Below, one piece after another: positions 20,825-29,448 of a stretch of 64,000 nt of DNA (position 1 is its first letter; each line of letters begins with the position of its first letter). A model generated the notes under the pieces. It did not search any database and was not told the origin of the DNA. It worked only from the letters and a program-made list of their open reading frames with translations. The translations under genes and the position numbers were made by a program. This DNA comes from an uncultured bacterium. Lineage in GTDB: Bacteria; Patescibacteriota; Minisyncoccia; Phycocordibacterales; GWA1-40-21. The stretch spans positions 390,970-454,969 of the forward strand of contig CAWCTC010000001.1 in assembly GCA_963798465.1 (NCBI GenBank). Reading direction: 5' to 3'.

Positions 20825-20953
20825 GTTGTTTTTATATTGCTATAAGCCCAAATTGAAACTCCAACGTGTTATTTTGATAATGATATCGACAGTTAAACGA
20901 CCGAGTAGAAAAAACAAAAAGCAATGACTTGAAATTCTACTACCCGGTTCATT
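20806..20953. repeat. 21-bp inverted repeat CCGGGTAGTGAAATTTCAAGT ... ACTTGAAATTCTACTACCCGG (19/21) spanning the topA start
   Basis: Read directly; arms about 100 bp apart. Confidence 0.6.
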
Positions 20954-21010
20954 GAAGTGCATTATTACACACAAATGTTATTTTGTGCAAATTTATGATA
21001 TATTTTATGT

Positions 21011-21487
21011 ATGAAAAACAAAACTTATGGAGAATATTTTAATAACCCAGTTGTTCTAGTTTTATTATTAATTTTAATAGTTGTTGGCGGTTATTTATTA
21101 TTTAATACAAAATTACCTAATGAACCAATTACAACTGAAACACAATCAGTAGCATCGACTTCTTCAGCCTTAAATACACAGCAAACTCAAGTATCGAATA
21201 ATGATTTATTTGAAAAACAACAATCATGTTCCAGATTGTTAAATGATTTAGAGAATAGATTAAAAACAGAAAATTATAAGTCTACTGACTTTATTGTTGG
21301 TTATAGCCCAACTCTAAATGCATGCATAAGCGGTTATACTGCAAAAGACTCAAATAATAATGTTATTCTTTACACGATAGTTAATTTGAATACCAATCAA
21401 GATATTTTACCTGCTTTTTTACCTACTGAATATACAAAATATGAAGCAAGGTTATCAGAACTTACGGACGGTCAGATTTCTAAATAA
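21011..21487 (+). CDS. Hypothetical membrane-anchored protein (very AT-rich)
   Basis: 158-aa ORF with N-terminal TM. Confidence 0.45.
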   Translation: MKNKTYGEYFNNPVVLVLLLILIVVGGYLLFNTKLPNEPITTETQSVASTSSALNTQQTQVSNNDLFEKQQSCSRLLNDLENRLKTENYKSTDFIVGYSPTLNACISGYTAKDSNNNVILYTIVNLNTNQDILPAFLPTEYTKYEARLSELTDGQISK

Positions 21488-21498
21488 AAATTAAAATT

Positions 21499-21942
21499 AT
21501 GAATAGTTTGTATATTTCAATAGCTTCCGCAATAATTTCTATCGTATCGGCCATGATTGCATTTCTATCTTTACATAATAGTAAAAGGAGTTATCAGTTA
21601 ACACAAACTCCAATAATAGTACCGATTATAGTTAAAAGTGGTGACAAAACAAATGTAACAATTTTAAATAATCACAAAACTGGAATAGCTAAAGATTTAT
21701 CAATACTTTTTAAAAGAGGTAAATTAACTTCTGACATCTATAAATCTGATGATTTGCTAACTCCAAATACAAGAATAGATATTCCAAATATCAATGAGAG
21801 CTTAGATGGTTGTATTTTTGAAATAAAATATAAAAATTTTTTTGATCAACAAGTATGCATAAAAGGTACTGTAACTCACTTACCAAATGGACTTTTTGAT
21901 TTACAAAATCAAAAATTAGTAATAAAAGGTTTAGTCAAATAA
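21499..21942 (+). CDS. Hypothetical membrane-anchored protein (very AT-rich)
   Basis: 147-aa ORF with N-terminal TM. Confidence 0.45.
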   Translation: MNSLYISIASAIISIVSAMIAFLSLHNSKRSYQLTQTPIIVPIIVKSGDKTNVTILNNHKTGIAKDLSILFKRGKLTSDIYKSDDLLTPNTRIDIPNINESLDGCIFEIKYKNFFDQQVCIKGTVTHLPNGLFDLQNQKLVIKGLVK

Positions 21943-21946
21943 TTAT

Positions 21947-22008
21947 TTTACATTAATCTAATCTCTCCCATACTCTCTTTAATCAATCCTTTAATTTCCA
22001 TTATTAAT
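21947..22008 (-). repeat. dprA 3'-end repeat, copy 1 (short, about 58 bp): att-like core TTAMATTAATCTAATCTCTCCCAWACTYTCTTTAATCAAWCCTTTAATYTCCATTAT
   Basis: Matches the first about 58 nt of the native dprA stop-codon/3' coding region (24049-24106). Confidence 0.85.
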
Positions 22009-22048
22009 TTTTTGATTAGCTTTTCGTTTATATAAATATTATAATCTC

Positions 22049-22504
22049 GTGATGGACCTGGAAAAAATAAAACAAATAGCAAAAGAAATTTTTGAAAAAC
22101 AAAAAACTATTTATTGTCCATTCTTTAAGACAAATGTTAATTTAAACTCTGATGGTTTAAATCATCTACAATTTAAAGGTAATAGAATGCCTAGAAATTT
22201 AGATGAACAAAGATTAAAACTTACGTTATTACCAAAAGCACTTCAGGTAATTAAAAATGCTGGCACTCTTCAAGAATATAGAAAAGGTATTGAGAAGATT
22301 GGGAAAAAAGGTAATGACGGTTTTTACAAAACAAAAGATGTAGAATATTGGGCTTTCCATGCAATTATTGGAAAAGATTATCTTAGAAAAATAGTTGTTA
22401 TCATAAAGAAAATAGGTGATGGACAAATTATTTTTTGGAGTGTAATGCCCCACAAAAAATTTAATAATCAAAAGTTATACGATGATGGTATTGAAGATTT
22501 TTAG
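22049..22504 (+). CDS. Hypothetical protein (cassette 1 cargo)
   Basis: 151-aa ORF between repeat copies 1 and 2. Confidence 0.45.
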   Translation: MMDLEKIKQIAKEIFEKQKTIYCPFFKTNVNLNSDGLNHLQFKGNRMPRNLDEQRLKLTLLPKALQVIKNAGTLQEYRKGIEKIGKKGNDGFYKTKDVEYWAFHAIIGKDYLRKIVVIIKKIGDGQIIFWSVMPHKKFNNQKLYDDGIEDF

Positions 22505-22514
22505 ACAACAAAAA

Positions 22515-22603
22515 AACCCTCTATATAGAGAGTTGTTTTGTTATGCCTGCCTTCAGCTTAGGTAATCCTTAGCCGAAAAGGGGCTTGCGCCCACAGGCAT
22601 ATG
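22515..22603 (+). terminator. Terminator-like hairpin (CCCTCTATATAGAGAG) followed by a second nested stem-loop region (ATGCCTG...GGGCTTGCGCCC...CAGGCAT)
   Basis: Perfect palindrome CTCTATA/TATAGAG then T-rich; a second IR at 22543-22603. Confidence 0.5.
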
Positions 22604-22647
22604 TGCATAATATCACAATTATACAATAAAGCAAAAGTTATCAACAA

Positions 22648-22788
22648 TATTAAATTAGTCTTATTTCTCCCATACTTTCTTTAATCAATCCTTTAATTTC
22701 CATTATTGAAATTATTGTGGATGCTTTCGAGACGGGCATTTTGAGTGCGCGGATGAGCTCATCTTTTTCCATTGGTTCAAAAATATTT
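22648..22788 (-). repeat. dprA 3'-end repeat, copy 2 (long, about 140 bp; about 88% identical to the native copy)
   Basis: Minus strand encodes MEKDELIRALKMPVSKASTIISIMEIKGLIKESMGEIRLI* against native ...VSNASTI...ESLGEIRLI*; most substitutions are synonymous. Confidence 0.85.
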
Positions 22789-22805
22789 TATGTTAGAATG
22801 TTTAC

Positions 22806-23288
22806 ATGGAAAAGATAAATATCTATATTGACGGAAATAATTTATATCGTGGGGCAAAAGCTCTTGGTTTTGAAATTGATTATAAAAAATTTAGAGGCTG
22901 GCTTCGTCAGAAATATAACCCACAAAATATTTATCTGTTTATCGGACTTGTTCCAGACAGATTAAAATTTTACCAACATTTACAAGAATGCGGTTTTATT
23001 TTGATTTTTAAACAAACTATTTCTGTTAGCGGAATAATAAAAGGGAATTGTGATGCTGAACTTGTATTAAAAACAGTTTCGGATTTTTACACAAAATCTT
23101 TTACTTCTTGTATTTTGATAACGGGCGATGGTGATTTCGGATGTTTAGTTGAATTTTTAAAAGAGAATAATGCAATTAAATATATTATTTCTCCAGATAA
23201 AAATAAATGTTCTTTTTTATTGAGAAATAAAAAAGTTGAAACAGTTTTCTTGAATGATTTGTATCATAAGTTTTCAACTCATATATAA
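22806..23288 (+). CDS. NYN-domain (LabA-like, PIN-fold) putative RNase (cassette 2 cargo)
   Basis: INIYIDGNNLY N-terminal motif and ILITGDGDFGCLV motif typical of NYN/LabA (PF01936). Confidence 0.65.
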   Translation: MEKINIYIDGNNLYRGAKALGFEIDYKKFRGWLRQKYNPQNIYLFIGLVPDRLKFYQHLQECGFILIFKQTISVSGIIKGNCDAELVLKTVSDFYTKSFTSCILITGDGDFGCLVEFLKENNAIKYIISPDKNKCSFLLRNKKVETVFLNDLYHKFSTHI

Positions 23289-23292
23289 AGAA

Positions 23293-23335
23293 AAAGACCC
23301 CGATGCAGACGGATCTGCATAAGGATCTTTTTCAT
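23293..23335 (+). terminator. Rho-independent terminator (ATGCAGA-cgga-TCTGCAT within AAGACCC..GGATCTT + TTTTTCATGG)
   Basis: Hairpin plus T-run after the NYN gene. Confidence 0.65.
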
Positions 23336-23401
23336 GGTTACCAACGTATTATATACCAGGTTGTATAATATGCAAGCACCTGCGAGATAACTAAAATTGG
23401 C

Positions 23402-23458
23402 TTATATTAATCTAATCTCTCCCAAACTTTCTTTAATCAAACCTTTAATCTCCATTAT
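23402..23458 (-). repeat. dprA 3'-end repeat, copy 3 (short, about 57 bp)
   Basis: TTATATTAATCTAATCTCTCCCAAACTTTCTTTAATCAAACCTTTAATCTCCATTAT. Confidence 0.85.
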
Positions 23459-23505
23459 ATTATTAACATTTGCAAATTATATCAAAATAATCCATAATCA
23501 TTCGT

Positions 23506-23811
23506 ATGAATACACCGCAAAAAGGTTCAGTCAGATGTATAGTTTTTAAGGACGGCGACACGTGGTATGCTGTTGGCTTGGAATTTAATATTGTTGAATC
23601 GTCTGATGACCCAACTGTTGCCTATAATAATTTGCAGTCAGCCATGCAGGGGTATGTTGAATCTCAAAGAAAAATAAAAGGTTCACGCGTTGCTCCTTTA
23701 AATCAAAAAACGGATAAAGAGTATGAAGATTTGTGGGCAAATTTAAACTCAAAGAAATCTGTTAAATCTCCTTATCAAGTAAAATATTTTGGTGTTACCA
23801 GAATCTCATAA
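23506..23811 (+). CDS. hicB: HicB-like antitoxin (cassette 3 cargo)
   Basis: CIVFKDGDTWYAVGLEFNIVESSDDPTVAYNNLQSAM resembles the HicB/UPF0150 N-domain; sits directly upstream of a HicA-like gene with a 3-nt gap. Confidence 0.5.
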   Translation: MNTPQKGSVRCIVFKDGDTWYAVGLEFNIVESSDDPTVAYNNLQSAMQGYVESQRKIKGSRVAPLNQKTDKEYEDLWANLNSKKSVKSPYQVKYFGVTRIS

Positions 23812-23814
23812 AAT

Positions 23815-24048
23815 ATGCCTAATGGTATTTTAAATTGGGCTTTTCGTGATGTTGAAACTTTTCTGAAGGAAAATAATTTTTATTTGAATCATACGACTGG
23901 CAGTCATTATTTTTATGTTGGACATGTGGGCGGAATAATGAGACAGGTTTGTGTACCGATGCATGGAAATTTAGCTTTGAAACCGAGAACGATGAAAGGT
24001 ATTATTTTGCAATCAGGAATTTCAAAGGAAGAATGGCTTGAGAAATAA
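23815..24048 (+). CDS. hicA: HicA-like mRNA interferase toxin (cassette 3 cargo)
   Basis: GSHYFYVGH...VCVPMHGNLALKPRTMKGIILQSGI matches the HicA (YcfA) family core GSH..., PxHG..., L..GTL..IL.QAG. Confidence 0.6.
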   Translation: MPNGILNWAFRDVETFLKENNFYLNHTTGSHYFYVGHVGGIMRQVCVPMHGNLALKPRTMKGIILQSGISKEEWLEK

Positions 24049-24049
24049 T

Positions 24050-24895
24050 TTAAATCAATCTAATCTCTCCCAAACTTTCCTTAATCAATCCTTTAATTTC
24101 CATTATTGAAATTATTGTTGAAGCATTTGACACTGGCATTTTGAGTGCTCGGATGAGTTCATCTTTTTCCATTGGTTCATTAAGTATTTTTATTACAAGA
24201 AGTTCTTCTTCTGAACAATCAGAATATTTTAGTTCTAGGTTTTGAGGCACATCATTAATTTTGAATCCGAGTGCCTCAAGAATATCTTCGCTATTTCGGA
24301 CAGGCGTTGCTCCAAGTCGAATAAGCATATTTGGTCCTTCGGAATTTTTTGAAAAGATTGAGCCGGGAACTGTGAGAACATCGCGATTGTATTCTGTTGC
24401 AAATTTTGAAGTGATAAGTGTGCCGGATTTTATTTCTGCTTCTATCACAAGCACAGCATGAGAAAGTCCTGCCATGATTCTATTTCTTTGTGGAAAGCTG
24501 TATGGAGTTGCGCGAAATTTTGGTTCAAATTCTGAGATGAGAGCACCGCCTGCTTCGAGGATTTTTTCGGCGAGCTGTTTGTGTGTGCTTGGGTAGAGAA
24601 CTGATTCATCAAGGCCTGAGCCAGGAACCGCAATCGTCATTAAGCCGGCTTCTAAGGCAGATTTGTGTGCAATGCTGTCGATTCCTAAAGCCAAGCCGGA
24701 AACGATACATATATTGTATCCGCGAAGACCAGAGATAAGTTTCTCGCAAGCGTCTTTGCCATATTGAGTATATTTGCGAGAGCCAACGACGCAAAGCATT
24801 TTTGTGTCAGGCGATGGAAGTTTGCCTTTTATATAAAGTTTTTCTGGTGGGTCGGCGAATTTCTCGGAGCATTTCCGGGATTTCTTCACCATCAA
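24050..24895 (-). CDS. dprA: DNA processing protein DprA (Smf), Rossmann-fold + C-terminal winged helix
   Basis: VVGSRKYTQYGK..., SGLALGIDSIAHKSAL, GGALISEF motifs of the DprA family; its last about 130 nt form the native copy (24049-24178) of the repeat found in copies 1-3. Confidence 0.85.
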   Translation of the reverse strand: MMVKKSRKCSEKFADPPEKLYIKGKLPSPDTKMLCVVGSRKYTQYGKDACEKLISGLRGYNICIVSGLALGIDSIAHKSALEAGLMTIAVPGSGLDESVLYPSTHKQLAEKILEAGGALISEFEPKFRATPYSFPQRNRIMAGLSHAVLVIEAEIKSGTLITSKFATEYNRDVLTVPGSIFSKNSEGPNMLIRLGATPVRNSEDILEALGFKINDVPQNLELKYSDCSEEELLVIKILNEPMEKDELIRALKMPVSNASTIISIMEIKGLIKESLGEIRLI

Positions 24896-24988
24896 AGTTT
24901 TTCAATTTCAAAATCTTTTAACATTTGAGTTTATTGTAACATCTGATAGAATAAATTGAAGTCAAAATATAACATGATAATGTGGATT

Positions 24989-25052
24989 GTGTCTTTGCGA
25001 GCGTAGCGAAGCAATCCAGAATCTGGTTTGCTTCGCTACGCTCGCAAAGACG
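24989..25052. repeat. Palindromic intergenic element, copy C (near-perfect 28-bp arms, short loop) in the dprA/serS divergent region
   Basis: TGTCTTTGCGAGCGTAGCGAAGCAATCC-agaatctgg-TTTGCTTCGCTACGCTCGCAAAGACG. Confidence 0.85.
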
Positions 25053-25085
25053 AAAATTTATAACTTTAAAACTTTTCAATTAATT

Positions 25086-26366
25086 ATGCTCGATATAAAA
25101 TTCATCAGAGAAAATAAAGATCTCATCATAGCCGGCGCACAGAAAAAACATATAAAGTTTGATCCGAGCGAACTTATAAAAGTTGATGACAGAAGAAAAG
25201 AACTTTTGACTGCGATAGAAGCGAAAAGAGCGGAACAGAATGATGTTTCAAATCGTCTGCCTCAGCTCAAAGATGCCGGACAAAAAGCTGAGCTGATTTC
25301 AGAAATGAAAATTTTGAAAGAAAATTTGCAGAAGGAAGAAGAATATTTGAAAGAAGTGATGAAAGAATGGCAGACTTTGATGCTTACAAGTTCCAAATAT
25401 TCCCGATGTTTCTGTTCCAGATGGAAATAGCTGATGCGGACAATAAAGAAGTAAAAGTTTGGGGCGAAATTCCTAAGTTTGATTTTGCGCCGAAGGATCA
25501 CATTGAACTTATGGAAAAACTTGATCTTGCCGATTTTGAAACCGGTACGAAAGTTGCAGGTTTCCGCGGATATTTTTTGAAAAATGAAGGAGCTGAACTT
25601 GAATTTGCAATCTGGCAACTCATCGACTGATTTGTTCAGAACAAAACATCCTGAATATTCAATAATGATCGTTCCATCTCTCGTAAAAAGAGAAACGCTT
25701 TTGGGAACAGGATATTTGCCACAAGGTGAAGAAGAAATTTATCAAACGCAAGACAATGATTACTTGGCTGGAACTGCAGAAGTCGCAACGATGAGCTATT
25801 ATTCTGACAAAACTTTGAAGAAAGAAGATTTGCCTAAAAAAATGCTTTCATTCTCGCCATGTTTTCGAAGAGAAGCTGGAAGTTACGGAAAAGATGTCAA
25901 AGGACTTTATCGAGTTCATGAATTTTTTAAATTTGAGCAAGTAATACTTTGCGAAGCTTCGCACGAGACAAGTGTTAAATTTCATGAGGAACTTTTGGCA
26001 AATGCGGAAGAAATTTTGCAAGCGCTCGCACTTCCATATCATGTCGTTGTAAATTGCGGAGGAGATTTGGGACTTGGCCAGGTGAAAAAATATGATATCG
26101 AAACTTGGATGCCGTCAAAAAATAAATATGGCGAGACACATTCTTGCTCATATTTTCACGATTTCCAGACAAGAAGATTAAATATCAGATACAAAGATAC
26201 TGATGGTAAAATGAAGTTTGCGCATTCGCTTAACAATACTGAAGTCGCCACGCCAAGAATTTTGATTCAGATACTTGAAAATAATCAGCAAGCAGATGGA
26301 ACGATAAAAATTCCAGAGGCACTAAGAAAATATATGGGAGGGAAGGAATACATCGGAAAAAAATAA
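25086..26366 (+). CDS. serS: Seryl-tRNA synthetase, interrupted by two frameshifts (near about 25390 and about 25600)
   Basis: N-terminal coiled-coil arm (MLDIKFIREN...), then EVKVWGEIPKFDFAPKDHIELMEKLDLADFE in a second frame, then the class II core (FSPCFRREAGSYGKDVKGLYRVHEFFKFEQV, TPRILIQILENNQQADGTIKIPEAL) in a third. Confidence 0.85.
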
Positions 26367-26382
26367 AAATCTTTAAAATTAA

Positions 26383-26416
26383 AATGGGCGGACGCGAAGC
26401 GGCCGCCCATTTGTTT
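26383..26416. terminator. GC-rich terminator hairpin GGGCGG-acgcgaagc-GGCCGCCC family
   Basis: One of three related GGGCGGCCGC hairpins (26385, 27283, 59266). Confidence 0.7.
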
Positions 26417-26451
26417 AATATTTAATTAAAATCTAGTATAATAAATGTAAT

Positions 26452-27273
26452 ATGAGGCCAAGATCCAACATCAGCACTACTTTGCATAAGAAAAGGCAAG
26501 CAAGCCTTCAGAAAAAGATTTTTGCATATTTTGTTTTTATATTATTTTTTATTTCACTAGCGATTCTCGGATTAACGACGAAAGAAGTCAAGATAAACAA
26601 TATAATTGTTTCGGGCAATTCTGCTGTGACATCTGCAGATATAATAAACCTGGTTGAGCCGGAACTGAATAAAAATTATTTCTTGATAATTCCTGCAGAT
26701 AACATTCTTCTTTTACGAAGGAAGGAAATCGAAAATGACATATTAAAAAACATAAATCAGATAAAGTCGGTCAATATTCATATTGAAGGAATAAATAAAA
26801 TAGAAATAGCTGTCACGGAAAGGCAAGCGAGCAATTTGTGGTGTGTCGGAAATCCGACAAGTCCGGGAGATTGCTATTTAATGGATTCAACAGGCCTAAT
26901 TTTCAAAGAATCTCCTAAATTTTCAGTAAATGCATTTCCTGAATATTTCGGGCTTATTTCTGATGCAAATCCGATTGGACAATATTATACGCAGGGGAAT
27001 TTTCAAAAAATATCCGATTTATTCTATTCGCTTGGAAAAATGTCTTTTCAGCCGCAATTTTTCAACGCTTTAGCCGGTGATGAATATGAAATTTATATTT
27101 TTGGCGGAGGAAAAATTCTCATGGATAATAACAGCGATTTTGAATCCCAGCTTTCAAACCTTCAAGCATTGGTAGGTAACGGCTATATAAAAACTGATTC
27201 TGCTTCGCTTAAAAAAATAAATTATATCGATTTGAGATTTGGAAACAAAGTTGCTTTTGAACTTAACAAATAA
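26452..27273 (+). CDS. FtsQ/DivIB-like cell-division protein (N-terminal TM + POTRA-like region)
   Basis: 273 aa, single TM near the N-terminus; VKINNIIVSGNS...ADNILLLRRKEIENDI resembles a POTRA start; family call is tentative. Confidence 0.45.
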   Translation: MRPRSNISTTLHKKRQASLQKKIFAYFVFILFFISLAILGLTTKEVKINNIIVSGNSAVTSADIINLVEPELNKNYFLIIPADNILLLRRKEIENDILKNINQIKSVNIHIEGINKIEIAVTERQASNLWCVGNPTSPGDCYLMDSTGLIFKESPKFSVNAFPEYFGLISDANPIGQYYTQGNFQKISDLFYSLGKMSFQPQFFNALAGDEYEIYIFGGGKILMDNNSDFESQLSNLQALVGNGYIKTDSASLKKINYIDLRFGNKVAFELNK

Positions 27274-27314
27274 AATGCAAAAGGGCGGCCGCTTCGCGGC
27301 CGCCCTTTTGCATT
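27274..27314. terminator. 39-bp perfect palindrome ATGCAAAAGGGCGGCCGcttcgCGGCCGCCCTTTTGCAT (bidirectional terminator)
   Basis: Read directly; lies between convergent ftsQ-like and priA. Confidence 0.8.
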
Positions 27315-29228
27315 TTAGATTAGCGAATCCGGATCTACATTTATAAGTATATCCATCGGAAGCATTTTTAATTTCTCGCGCAAATCTTTTTCCGGCCATT
27401 TTTCCATCGGAATCTTGATTATTCCATTTACGCCGTATTTTCCTTTTGATTGCGGTATGAAAGCGGGGAATATATCTATAGTATGCGGTGCAATCAATTT
27501 CTGAAGATTTTCAACAGACTCCAGCACTTCATCTTTAGTTCCTGAAATTGAAATTTTTATCAGCGTGGAAAATGGAGGAAAATTAAATTTTTCCCTATCA
27601 CTTATCTCTTCTCTGTAAAAATCAACGAGATTGCCCTTTATCGCATAATCAAAAACTTTCTGAGAAATATCTCTTGTCTGAATTATAAAATTTTTGTCCG
27701 TAATCGAGCGGATTTTCAAAAGTATGTTCAAGATTCTTTCATTTATTCTGAAATCCGGAATTGAAAAAAAAGAATCTATCGAGACGACAGCGGTATTTTC
27801 TATTTTTCCGGTCAGATACAGAAGTGCCATTTCTGTGCCGATTAAAATTCCCTGCGGAGAGTTATAAAATTTATCAGCAACAGTCTGTGCTTTGTTGTGA
27901 GTTGCCGTGGCATCTGCATCGATTCTGAAAATTGCAGCCTTTGGAAAAAGTTCTTTAATTTTTTGTTCTACAAGCTCGGAACCGATTCCTAAAGTCGTAA
28001 GTCTCCATCCTCCGCAAAGCAAACATTTTTCAAGAGCGCTTCTTCGCTCTCCGCATTTATGGCAAAGGAAGAAATTTTCAGTGGCAGATGTGTGAAGCAC
28101 AGTATGAGCTCCGCAAGAATTGCATTTCACGATGTTTCCGCAGTCGGCGCAGACAGTGGAAGGGGAAAGTCCGCGTCTGCCTGTAAAAATAAACATGTGC
28201 TCGTTATTTTCAATATTGTTTTTGATTTCTTTTTCAAGTTTTTCACTCAAAATTCTGAAAACTTTTTTGCTAGCTTCCGTTTCACTTGTTTCTTTCTGGA
28301 TTGATCTCATGTCGATGATTTCCTGCGAGGAAGTTGTCAGTGAGCGGAATTTTAAAGATACAAGCTCGACAAGTTCGCCTTTTTTTTGTCGCCAAATTGT
28401 GTCGGTTCTCAAAAGTAAGTCGCCGAAAATTATTTTTGCATTTATTTTTTCAGAAAATATTTCGGCAAATTTTCTCATGTCTATATAAGGCCTCGTTTGT
28501 GTTTTGTAAGTCCTTGAATTTTCTTTGTCGAGAATTATCGTGCCGATATTATCTTTCGGAACAGTGAAAAATCCGCCAGTTGCGATGATTAAAACTGAAT
28601 GCTTTTCCGCGATTATTTTATTTATCGTTTCCACGATATCTTTTTTGTTCATCGAGCCGTGAAGCACGAATGTGTAGGATTCGATTCCTTTATGAAGCGC
28701 TTCTTTCGCTTTTTTTATATCTTGAATTGTCGGCAAGCAGAAAAAAACTGAAGAATTTTTGGCGAATTCCTCCCTGATTATGCTTTTATATTCCGCATAT
28801 CTGTCATCGTCGTTCGATTGGATGACAAACTTTTCAGCTTTCGTTGTTTTTTTATTTTCCGGAATCATATTTTCCGAAAGTTTTATCTTGTCGGTATTTT
28901 CCAAAAGCATTTTTGGAATGAGAGAATTCAGGACTGATCCCGTCGAGCCGATATAATAATCTGCGGTGGCTTGCGCAGATTCGACAAAATTTTTCGTCAG
29001 GAGATTTGTGTATTTTGTTTTTTCTATTTTTTTAAGCGCGAAAGAAGAATTTTTGATTTCGGATTTTGAATCCTCAACATTTTTCGAGTCAATGACAAGA
29101 GCTGGCACTATTCTTTTTCTCAGAGGAACTTTTATGATTGAGCCGATTGGAATATCGCTTCCGCTGAAATACGAAAGAGTGTCTTTATTTATGCCTTTTG
29201 AAATAGGTATGACTTCGAGAATTTTCAT
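27315..29228 (-). CDS. priA: Primosomal protein N' (PriA helicase)
   Basis: Walker A/B helicase core, Cys-rich zinc region (CADCGNIVKCNSCGAHTVLH...CHKCGERR...CLLCGG), C-terminal domain. Confidence 0.85.
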   Translation of the reverse strand: MKILEVIPISKGINKDTLSYFSGSDIPIGSIIKVPLRKRIVPALVIDSKNVEDSKSEIKNSSFALKKIEKTKYTNLLTKNFVESAQATADYYIGSTGSVLNSLIPKMLLENTDKIKLSENMIPENKKTTKAEKFVIQSNDDDRYAEYKSIIREEFAKNSSVFFCLPTIQDIKKAKEALHKGIESYTFVLHGSMNKKDIVETINKIIAEKHSVLIIATGGFFTVPKDNIGTIILDKENSRTYKTQTRPYIDMRKFAEIFSEKINAKIIFGDLLLRTDTIWRQKKGELVELVSLKFRSLTTSSQEIIDMRSIQKETSETEASKKVFRILSEKLEKEIKNNIENNEHMFIFTGRRGLSPSTVCADCGNIVKCNSCGAHTVLHTSATENFFLCHKCGERRSALEKCLLCGGWRLTTLGIGSELVEQKIKELFPKAAIFRIDADATATHNKAQTVADKFYNSPQGILIGTEMALLYLTGKIENTAVVSIDSFFSIPDFRINERILNILLKIRSITDKNFIIQTRDISQKVFDYAIKGNLVDFYREEISDREKFNFPPFSTLIKISISGTKDEVLESVENLQKLIAPHTIDIFPAFIPQSKGKYGVNGIIKIPMEKWPEKDLREKLKMLPMDILINVDPDSLI

Positions 29229-29341
29229 TTATCCGAGAAAATTTTTGCCAATAAAAATTGTTTGTTTCGACTTCATAATTAGTAAAATTATAACACATTA
29301 AGTATGAAAATTATGCCTTGTTTATATAAGCAATTTTTAGG

Positions 29342-29390
29342 TGCGTCGCGCTTATATGACGGTCGCGAGACATGATTCCGCAGAATCAAC
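29342..29390 (+). repeat. Hairpin + TGATTCCGCAGAATCAAC motif element in the murA/priA intergenic region
   Basis: GCGTCGCGCTTATATGACGGTCGCGAGACATGATTCCGCAGAATCAAC; same family as 16948, 33715, 59110, 41363. Confidence 0.7.
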
Positions 29391-29448
29391 GTTGGTAAAA
29401 ACTTTAACGGATTAATAATGACAGAAAATACCTTTTATTTCAATTTAT

